From positions 128,001 to 192,000 of the forward strand of contig JABCTZ010000032.1 of assembly GCA_018238155.1 (NCBI GenBank): 64,000 bases of DNA, given 5' to 3'. The notes beneath the pieces are model-generated. The model had not been told where the DNA came from and searched no databases. It worked only from the letters and a program-made list of their open reading frames with translations. The position numbers and the translations under genes are program-made. This document shows positions 56,433 through 64,000 of the stretch, one piece after another. How positions within the stretch are numbered: the stretch's first letter is position 1; every line of letters starts with the position of its first letter. This stretch comes from Candidatus Heimdallarchaeota archaeon (GTDB taxonomy: Archaea > Asgardarchaeota > Heimdallarchaeia > JABLTI01).

Positions 56433-57389
56433 ATGCCTAGACGACCTGATGCTGAACTAGTTAAAACATCCAAGTTCAATGAATTGATGTTTCATTTTAT
56501 GTTAAAAAGAAATGAGAGTGCTATTTATTTCGATATCCAAGTGGACCTTACTCACACGTTTGAATATCTTGAAGACTTCAATAGAGGTCGTGATGAAAAG
56601 GATAAACTGACCTTATTTCAAATATTCCTTACAGCAGGAGCAAGGACTGTTGCTTTGAGACCAAAAGTGAACAGATTTGTTTCAGGACGTCGCTTATGGC
56701 AAAGAAATAAAATAATCTTTGGTTTCGTCGTAAAGAAAGAGAAAACAGATGAAGGTGAAGAAGTAAATGCAATGATTGAGTTTGATCCATATGACACTCT
56801 TGATATTGTGCAGAAGAGAGTTTCTGCAGTTATCCATGAAGCTCGATATGGTGAGAATCAAAATGAACAGGATGTCAAGTTCATTGGTGCTTTGCCAAGA
56901 TGGATGATGAATCTCTTATTTAAGTATATAATGTGGAGTGATCAAAAAAACTTCGCCCCTTATTCAGTAATAAAGACTACACCAATGTGGGTTACAGTAT
57001 TTATTGCTCATTTAGGTTCTATAAATATGGATGCAGCATACCATCATCTCTTTGAAATAGGAAACGCTGGTTTATTTATCACAATCGGAAAAATTCACAA
57101 AGCTGCTGTTGTAAATCAAAAAACAGAGGAAATTGAAGTCAAAAAAGTAATGAATTGTCGAATTAGTATAGATGATCGCATTGCTGATGGAGCTTATACA
57201 GGTCCTGCTGTTTACATGTTAAGAGATTTAATCGAAAAGCCAGAATTGTTAGTTAATCCTCCTAAGCTCACTCACGAACAATTAGATAAACTGATGCTGA
57301 AAAAATATAAGAAAGAACGATTAGAACGAGAAAAAGCAAGGAAAAAACAGCAAAAAAAGAAAATTAAGAGAAAATCATCTGAACTTTAA
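56433..57389 (+). CDS. Stand-alone 2-oxoacid dehydrogenase E2-like acyltransferase domain, copy 1
   Basis: VDLT, P.VNRF, HLGSI, IDDRIADG; no lipoyl domain. Confidence 0.8.
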   Translation: MPRRPDAELVKTSKFNELMFHFMLKRNESAIYFDIQVDLTHTFEYLEDFNRGRDEKDKLTLFQIFLTAGARTVALRPKVNRFVSGRRLWQRNKIIFGFVVKKEKTDEGEEVNAMIEFDPYDTLDIVQKRVSAVIHEARYGENQNEQDVKFIGALPRWMMNLLFKYIMWSDQKNFAPYSVIKTTPMWVTVFIAHLGSINMDAAYHHLFEIGNAGLFITIGKIHKAAVVNQKTEEIEVKKVMNCRISIDDRIADGAYTGPAVYMLRDLIEKPELLVNPPKLTHEQLDKLMLKKYKKERLEREKARKKQQKKKIKRKSSEL

Positions 57390-57403
57390 AGGAGTAAGAA
57401 GTT

Positions 57404-58348
57404 ATGCCTAGACGACCTGATGCTGAACTAGTTAAAACATCCAAGTTCAATGAATTGATGTTTCATTTCATGTTAAAAAGGAATGAGAGTACTATTTTTT
57501 TTGATATTCAAGTAGACCTCACTCGCACGTTTGAATTTCTCGAAGATTATAATAAAAATCGCGATGAAAAAGCTAAACTAACCTTATTTCAAATATTGCT
57601 TACTGCTGGAGCAAGAACTGTTGCTTTGAGACCAAAAATAAACAGGTTTGTTTCAGGACGTCGTTTATGGCAAAGAAATCATATTGTTTTTTCATTTGTA
57701 GTAAAGAAAGAGAAAACTGATGAAGGTGAAGAAGTAAATGCAATGGTCGAATTTGATCCATATGATACTCTTGATATTGTGCAGAAGAGAGTTTCTGCAG
57801 CTATCCATGAAGCTCGATTTGACAAAAACCAAAATGAAAAGGATGTTAAGTTCTTTGGTGCTATGCCAAGGTGGATTATAAATCTCATTTTTAAGTATAT
57901 TATGTGGAGTGATCAAAGAAATTTTCCCCTACACCCAATAACAAAAGGTACGCCAATGTGGGCTACAGTATTTATTGCTCATTTAGGGTCCATAAAAATG
58001 GATGCAGCATATCATCATCTCTATGAAGCAGGAAATGCAGGTATATTTCTCACAATTGGCAGAATTCACAAAGCAGCTGTGGTAAATCAAGAAACAGAAG
58101 AAATTAAAGTCAAAAAAGTAATGAATTGTCGAATTGCTATAGATGATCGTATTGCTGATGGTGCTTATACGGGACCTGCTGTTTACATGTTAAAGGATTT
58201 AATTGAAAATCCAGACTCTCTGGTGGATCCACCTGAGCTAACGCACGAACAACTAGACAAATTGATGCTGAAAAAATACAAAAAAGGACGATTAGAACGT
58301 GAAAAAGTAAGGAAGAAACAACATAAACAACAAAAGAAGAATAAATAA
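57404..58348 (+). CDS. Stand-alone E2-like acyltransferase domain, copy 2
   Basis: Highly similar paralog of 56433-57389. Confidence 0.8.
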   Translation: MPRRPDAELVKTSKFNELMFHFMLKRNESTIFFDIQVDLTRTFEFLEDYNKNRDEKAKLTLFQILLTAGARTVALRPKINRFVSGRRLWQRNHIVFSFVVKKEKTDEGEEVNAMVEFDPYDTLDIVQKRVSAAIHEARFDKNQNEKDVKFFGAMPRWIINLIFKYIMWSDQRNFPLHPITKGTPMWATVFIAHLGSIKMDAAYHHLYEAGNAGIFLTIGRIHKAAVVNQETEEIKVKKVMNCRIAIDDRIADGAYTGPAVYMLKDLIENPDSLVDPPELTHEQLDKLMLKKYKKGRLEREKVRKKQHKQQKKNK

Positions 58349-58372
58349 ATGGGTATAAAACAGACCCATTTT

Positions 58373-59968
58373 TCACCAACCAATTGCACAGCCATCTCTT
58401 CTTGGGTCTGACCCTCCAAAGAGAACATTATTTTCATTGTCAATTGCAATTGCTTGAGCACCACCAAAGAACTGTCCTGGTTCAGCTTTTAATTGATGTC
58501 CTTTCATCAATAATTTACCTCGGGCGGTAATATCTATCCCATATTCAAGAGCAACAGAATTATCATCAAAGTGGACAAATCGTGGTGCTTCAATAGCTTG
58601 TTGGACATTCATGCCAAATTCAACCATATTAAGGAAAATTTGCATTTGTCCTTGAGGTTGGACATCACCACCCATACAACCAAAATTCAGCACAGGTAAT
58701 TCGTTTTTTGTAACCATTCCCGGAATAATTGTATTGAAGGGTCGTTTACGAGGTTCGTAAACATTGAGGTGGTTTTCTTCTAGGGAATATAAACTTCCAC
58801 GGTTTTGTAAACAAATGCCAGTTCCTTCTGCAACTAATCCAGAACCGAATCCATTGAATAAACTATTAATAAAAGAGACAACATTTCTATCCTTATCAAC
58901 AACGCTCAAGTAAACAGTATCACCAGAAGACCAATCTAAACCAGGAGTAACATTATTAGCTGCTTTATTTAAATCAATTCTAGCACGTTGTTTCTGGGAA
59001 TATTCCTCGGATAATAATTCTTCAATAGGTAGTTTGTTGAAACTTGGGTCGGAAGCAAAAGTCCTAAGGTCTGCCCAAGCAAGCTTCTTAGCTTCAATAA
59101 GTAAATGCAAATATTGAGCGGAGTTATGAACCATTGAATCTAGCTCAAAACCTTTGATAATATTGAGTTCTAAGAGAGTTGCGATACCTTGTCCATTTGG
59201 TGGATGTTGGAAAACTTCATAATCTTTGTATTTTGAGCTAATAGGATCTACCCATTCTGCTTCAAATGCCGCGAAATCATCCAAGGTAAAGAAGCCATCG
59301 TTATTTGATGTAAAATCAACTATTTTTTTAGCAATTCCACCTTGATAAAATTCTTCTGCGCCACCTTTAGCAATTGCTTTGAAAGATTTCGCAATAGCTT
59401 TTGAATAGAAAACTTCACCAACTCTTGGAGCCCTTCCATTAGGAAGGTAATTCTTTGCTGTTGCTGGATGGTTATTTAATTTCTCTTCGGCGCGATGCCA
59501 AGAGTATCCTACAAGTTCACTTACTGGAAATCCATTTTCAGCATAATAAATAGCCGGTTTGAGAACCTCTTTGAAAGACATAGTACCAAATTTTTCAAGC
59601 GCTTTACTGAAACCGCTAATTGCACCTGGAACACTAACAGAATAAATACCAGTGGTTGGTATTTTGTCAAAACCTTTTTCTTTGAAGTGATCCAAAGTGA
59701 GATTTTTAGGTGACCAACCACTCCCATTTAGGGCATGAATTTTATCATCTTGTTTACTGTGAATAAGAGCAAACATATCTCCACCAATGCCACAGCTCAT
59801 GGGTTCTACAACATTCAAAGTAGTAGCAACTGCGACAGCTGCATCAATAGCATTTCCACCCTTCTTTAAAATATCAATACCAGCTTGAACAGCTAATGGT
59901 TGACTAGATGAAACCATGCCATTTTGACTAATGATCATTGATCGATGTGAGCCACGAATTTCAAACAT
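58373..59968 (-). CDS. ggt: Gamma-glutamyltransferase
   Basis: GGNAIDAAVA, GIGGD, GDTVYLSVVD (Thr nucleophile), MGG..QPQ, SDPRRDG. Confidence 0.95.
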   Translation of the reverse strand: MFEIRGSHRSMIISQNGMVSSSQPLAVQAGIDILKKGGNAIDAAVAVATTLNVVEPMSCGIGGDMFALIHSKQDDKIHALNGSGWSPKNLTLDHFKEKGFDKIPTTGIYSVSVPGAISGFSKALEKFGTMSFKEVLKPAIYYAENGFPVSELVGYSWHRAEEKLNNHPATAKNYLPNGRAPRVGEVFYSKAIAKSFKAIAKGGAEEFYQGGIAKKIVDFTSNNDGFFTLDDFAAFEAEWVDPISSKYKDYEVFQHPPNGQGIATLLELNIIKGFELDSMVHNSAQYLHLLIEAKKLAWADLRTFASDPSFNKLPIEELLSEEYSQKQRARIDLNKAANNVTPGLDWSSGDTVYLSVVDKDRNVVSFINSLFNGFGSGLVAEGTGICLQNRGSLYSLEENHLNVYEPRKRPFNTIIPGMVTKNELPVLNFGCMGGDVQPQGQMQIFLNMVEFGMNVQQAIEAPRFVHFDDNSVALEYGIDITARGKLLMKGHQLKAEPGQFFGGAQAIAIDNENNVLFGGSDPRRDGCAIGW

Positions 59969-60232
59969 TTTGATTACCCTATTTTTCTTCGTCGTTTAAT
60001 TTTTATAGATATTGGTTAAATTAAATATCATAATACTCGGTTTAGAGGTAGTTTTTATTCATATCTAATTCTGAGAAAAAAAACTGTTTCTGATAGTCTA
60101 GTTTCTTTGAGTAAATCAGTTAAGTAATGAAATTGCATCATATACAAAGAAGAAAAATCAGTATGGATTTAATAAAAAACCATTTTTGCCAATTTAAAAA
60201 AAAGAAAAAAGGAATTGATTAAATCCTTATTC

Positions 60233-61522
60233 TTATGGGAGATGAATTCGAAGTCTTAAAGGAGCATGATTTTTAGGTTCCATACTTCCTAACATCAATC
60301 CAACAACCGTACAAAATAGATCAAATACACCTGGAACTTCAGGTCCATATAATGCGGAGATGAAATTATTATAAATATTGTCAAGTATACTGGACATCAT
60401 ATTGGCAGTTGCATCTTCATATGCAACACAGTATGCATTGCCTGTCATGAATTCAGGTTGATAAAAAATATGGGTGTTTTTACAAGATCTACAAATAGTA
60501 AAAAATTCCAATTTGAAATCGGAATCCCATATCTTCACCTGACATTTAATCTCAACAATTTTTCCATTAAAATCAAATTGATCGTCTTCGTAAGCGATAT
60601 TTGAGTTTGAGTAAGTAAGTATTTTATCAATGTCATCTGGATCGATGTTTTGTGCATGTCCATTCTGATCGATTATCTTGATACTGAATGTACCAGCTTG
60701 TTTTTGCCATCCTGTAGAGTCTTTTAGTGAAAGATCGCCGCTACCTGAACTAAAGGTTATATGAATATCTGCTATAGCAAATGAATGATATAACCTCAAA
60801 TTAACTTTGATACTACTCCCATCATTTTCTGTTGGAGATACAAAATCGATTGCTCCCGCAGCTATCTCAACTATTGGTATATGAAGACTTACGTCAACTC
60901 GTTTATAACCGCTAGAATAAACACTTCTAATTTCAGAAACATGGTAAGCTTTTGAAATTTTCAGAGTATAGGTTTTATAATCATACGTTTTTAGATAGAA
61001 TGAATAATAACCTATTGAATTTGTAGAAACTGTTTTTGAGTAACTACCTGTTGGTGATCTCAATTTTACTGTTGCACCGCTGATTTTTGCACCAGTTTCA
61101 GTTTCCTTAATATACCCATAACATTTGAAAACATGTTTACTAACAGCAGTTGCTAAAGAAGCATCTTTTCTATATCTACCTGGAGATGAAAATGACCATG
61201 AAAAAGTTTTATAACTATTCTTTGAAATGGTTAATTTAAAGTTTAAATAAAACTCAACGGTAATCCTAACTGAATAGTAACCTGTTGAACTTGAATAGAC
61301 AGTTTTTGAAATACCCATTTCATTTTCCCTTAAAACAATTTTTGCCCCCGAAATGGCTAAACCAGTACTTGCACTTCTCACATAGCCATAACAAGTAACT
61401 GTTGTACTGCCACTTCCTCCTGGTGGAGGAATTGCTTTAGTATCCATAATACTAACAAATGTAGACACAGCTAAAATTGCTAGAATTAATCCCATAATTT
61501 TGATTTTTGTTGATTTTTTCAT
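60233..61522 (-). CDS. Secreted protein with two carboxypeptidase-regulatory-like beta domains and an unknown C-terminal domain
   Basis: Signal peptide; two copies of GY...TG..ISGA...L...T...GYYS...Y.L.ISK. Confidence 0.75.
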   Translation of the reverse strand: MKKSTKIKIMGLILAILAVSTFVSIMDTKAIPPPGGSGSTTVTCYGYVRSASTGLAISGAKIVLRENEMGISKTVYSSSTGYYSVRITVEFYLNFKLTISKNSYKTFSWSFSSPGRYRKDASLATAVSKHVFKCYGYIKETETGAKISGATVKLRSPTGSYSKTVSTNSIGYYSFYLKTYDYKTYTLKISKAYHVSEIRSVYSSGYKRVDVSLHIPIVEIAAGAIDFVSPTENDGSSIKVNLRLYHSFAIADIHITFSSGSGDLSLKDSTGWQKQAGTFSIKIIDQNGHAQNIDPDDIDKILTYSNSNIAYEDDQFDFNGKIVEIKCQVKIWDSDFKLEFFTICRSCKNTHIFYQPEFMTGNAYCVAYEDATANMMSSILDNIYNNFISALYGPEVPGVFDLFCTVVGLMLGSMEPKNHAPLRLRIHLP

Positions 61523-61711
61523 TTTACCACTTCTATAAGTTCTATATAATACTTAATAATAAAGTATATAAATATTATTAAATTATCTTTTTTATTATAT
61601 TTTCTAATCGTCAAAGAAATATTCATCTATAGGTAGAGTTAGAGATACCTCAAGAATTTTTATGATAGCAAAAACTCTTTAGCAGTTTGAGAATGTAAAT
61701 AAGTCATTGAC

Positions 61712-62104
61712 TTGGATTTGAAAATCATGATACTTGGAATAGACGTAGTTTTTATACATAGCAAGAATCCAGAATTGATGGCAGATTGGTATCAAGAGAA
61801 ACTAGGATTAGAGATAGAAAATACAACCTCTGATTTAAGTTGGCAAGAATTTGCTTTATCTGAAAAGCGATTTCCAACAAGATTTGCATTAGATTATGGT
61901 GGATCAAATCCTTCGTTAGTTGAACAACAACCAATTATTATATCATTCAAAGTTGCTGATATTCACAAAGCAGTAAATGAATTAGAGAAACGAGGAGTTT
62001 TTTTTCCTGGTTCTCAGAAAGTATTTGATGTAGGACCAACTTTGGTTGCAACCTTTAAGGATCCAGAAGGTAACTATTTGCAAATATCTCAAAGAAAAGA
62101 ATAA
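61712..62104 (+). CDS. VOC/glyoxalase family protein
   Basis: WYQEKLGL, FKVADI..AV.EL..RGV, FKDPEGN. Confidence 0.9.
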   Translation: MDLKIMILGIDVVFIHSKNPELMADWYQEKLGLEIENTTSDLSWQEFALSEKRFPTRFALDYGGSNPSLVEQQPIIISFKVADIHKAVNELEKRGVFFPGSQKVFDVGPTLVATFKDPEGNYLQISQRKE

Positions 62105-62118
62105 AAATAAGAGAGTGA

Positions 62119-63213
62119 TTAACGGGTTTTCTTCGTACCCGCAATCATTTTTTCTAAATTTTCAAGACCTTCAGGATGCTTGTCAAAATATCTATGAACT
62201 GGTTCGAGTATTTTCCCAAGGCTTTTAGCAACAGCATTTTTTAAATCAAGTGGATGTAGCTTTCCTTCAACAAAATCCTTCTCAAGATCTGCATAGTTAA
62301 GGTATTCAATATCTCCACCAAATTTTGTAGGGCGTTCGATTTTCATTGTATAACTGTCTCTTACAAAGAGTAAGTGCTCTGAATATTCCATAATTGGATT
62401 TCCCTCAGCAACTTTTGCAGGGCAAAATGCAGTCTTTAATTTTCTTTTAATATCTGTTTCAGTATCGTGAATGAAGATACATGTTTCAGGTTTAGATTTG
62501 CTCATTTTTGCTTCAATTTTAGCCATATCTGGATCCGCATCCGAATCCATTTTGGAACCACTGCCTTTTAATCCAGTAAGTAGTGGAGTATGAATAGCAA
62601 TTGGTTTTGGTTTACCAAGATTCTTAGCACAATCCCGAGCGATCATATGAGCTTTTCTTTGATCCATACCACCAAAAGCAATATCAATATCCATATAGAA
62701 AATATCCGCTGCTTGCATTGCAGGGTAATAAATCCAAGCGCTCTCTACATCTTTCATTCCCATAGCTCTACCCATAATTGGTAATGCACGGAGAACGCGA
62801 TTTAATGAAGTACTTTTTGCCACCTTAATCAAAGTAGCCCAATAATCAGCATCATTAACAATTTCGTTTGACCAGCGATAAGTTACTTTATCCTCAGTGA
62901 GACCGAGTGCTTTGTACCCTTCCTTAAAGTACTCACCGGCAATACGGATTTTATCTAAATCTCCATCAAGCTTGTTATTAACCCAACTGTGCCAATCAGC
63001 AAGAAAAATGGTCATATTTACACCAGCATCCACTAGGTCATGCATTTTCATTGCACAAAGTAAGCCATTACCTATGTGGAGTTTCCCACTGAGCTCGAAG
63101 CCAATGTAAGAATTTGGTTTCTTTTTCCTTTCGAAGAGAGGTTTAATCTCATCTTTTACGACCACTTCTTCAGTATTTCGAGTAATTAATTTTATACGTT
63201 CTTCGATTTTCAT
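62119..63213 (-). CDS. tyrS: Tyrosyl-tRNA synthetase (archaeal)
   Basis: YIGFELSGKLHIG, YPAMQAADI, GGMDQRKAH, KMSKS. Confidence 0.97.
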   Translation of the reverse strand: MKIEERIKLITRNTEEVVVKDEIKPLFERKKKPNSYIGFELSGKLHIGNGLLCAMKMHDLVDAGVNMTIFLADWHSWVNNKLDGDLDKIRIAGEYFKEGYKALGLTEDKVTYRWSNEIVNDADYWATLIKVAKSTSLNRVLRALPIMGRAMGMKDVESAWIYYPAMQAADIFYMDIDIAFGGMDQRKAHMIARDCAKNLGKPKPIAIHTPLLTGLKGSGSKMDSDADPDMAKIEAKMSKSKPETCIFIHDTETDIKRKLKTAFCPAKVAEGNPIMEYSEHLLFVRDSYTMKIERPTKFGGDIEYLNYADLEKDFVEGKLHPLDLKNAVAKSLGKILEPVHRYFDKHPEGLENLEKMIAGTKKTR

Positions 63214-63370
63214 TTTTTGCCGCTCCTTGGTAGACCAGTTCTAATTGGATACAAATATCAGAAATAACTGACTGATAAGTTTGCGCTTTGGTTATAAATT
63301 CTTTGTTTCAAATTTTATCCTTGTATATTATTTTTAACCACATCTTAAGAAACAACAATATTGAAAGTAG

Positions 63371-64000
63371 TTAATATCTTTCGAAGAAAAATTCCCCACT
63401 TTCTCTTTGTTCACGATCAAGTCTACTACTATGTTTATTTATCCTCGCTCGACCGGTTTCAACATCTCGTCGAAAAGTAATATCAAGCGTTTTCAAAAAT
63501 TCATTCATTCCATCTCTCTTACCAAAAGGACCTACAGTAAAACCACGAACACCCGGTTCTCCTAAAAAGAGAAGGACTCTATCTCCAAGAATATCCGCTA
63601 TTTGCATATCATGTTCAATAGCAATAACTGAAGCATTGTACAATTTTGCTGCATTACGAATAATTCTAGCAACTTTGATACGCTCCTCAACATCAAGAAA
63701 AGCTGCTGGTTCGTCGATGAGATACAAATCTGCTCGTTTTGTAAGACAAGCTGCAATGTAGACTCTTTGAAGTTCTCCACCACTTAATTCTGTAATTGGT
63801 TTATCAAATAGATGTTCTATGCCAAGAGGTTGATAGAAATTCTGTTTGAGCATTTTCTCGCCAGTATATCTCTCAGCGAAGTTCATTATGAATTCATCGA
63901 CTGTGCCTTTATAGTCTCGAGTGATAAATTGTGGTTTGTAAGATACTTGAGCCATAACATTTGCTGAACCTCTATCTGGTTGTAGGATTCCAGCAAGCAT
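63371..64000 (-). CDS. rli1: Ribosome recycling ATPase ABCE1/RLI1, C-terminal part (5' end outside the window)
   Basis: SYKPQ, LSGGELQR, DEP.AFLDVEER, ITFRRD..TGR.RINK..S.LDREQ. Confidence 0.96.
   Translation of the reverse strand: MLAGILQPDRGSANVMAQVSYKPQFITRDYKGTVDEFIMNFAERYTGEKMLKQNFYQPLGIEHLFDKPITELSGGELQRVYIAACLTKRADLYLIDEPAAFLDVEERIKVARIIRNAAKLYNASVIAIEHDMQIADILGDRVLLFLGEPGVRGFTVGPFGKRDGMNEFLKTLDITFRRDVETGRARINKHSSRLDREQRESGEFFFERY

Larger units (their letters stand above)
56433..58348 (+). repeat. Tandem gene duplication, 971-bp offset
   Basis: Identical first 29 encoded residues and near-identical 5' DNA. Confidence 0.9.

Noticed and set aside
1-64000. CRISPR arrays, IS/transposases, integrases, prophage, rRNA or tRNA genes
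   Set aside because: No regularly spaced repeats, mobile-element ORFs or recognisable stable-RNA sequences seen by eye; a tRNAscan/Infernal run would be needed to exclude them fully

Overview
AT-rich (roughly 30% GC by eye), gene-dense chromosomal window from an archaeon, most likely Asgard (Heimdallarchaeia-like). The archaeal markers are GatD/GatE, archaeal-type MAT, Hjc, an ADP-dependent sugar kinase, uS13-uS4-uS11, TyrRS and ABCE1. They co-occur with eukaryote-signature-type proteins: a Rab-like GTPase, longin/uDENN-like domains, a multi-TM-longin fusion and a membrane-anchored tandem winged-helix protein. About 60 CDS are mostly housekeeping or metabolic (DnaJ, LeuCD-type isomerase, TldDE, IscSU, class II HMG-CoA reductase, GGT, aminotransferases). 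I saw no rRNA, tRNA, CRISPR array, transposase or integrase. The most unusual locus is 7.9-8.95 kb. A GC-rich, multi-stem structured element sits between hjc and an uncharacterised 239-244 aa gene, and it carries a 12-nt inverted copy of that gene's own ribosome-binding site. Other leads are a HEAT-repeat protein ending in an HbYX-type tail, a DDRGK1/PCI-like membrane protein, a stand-alone inactive Mrr-like domain resembling the Rpb5 N-terminal domain, a circularly permuted orphan solute-binding protein and several apparent pseudoenzymes. All family calls come from motif recognition by eye; no database searches were run.
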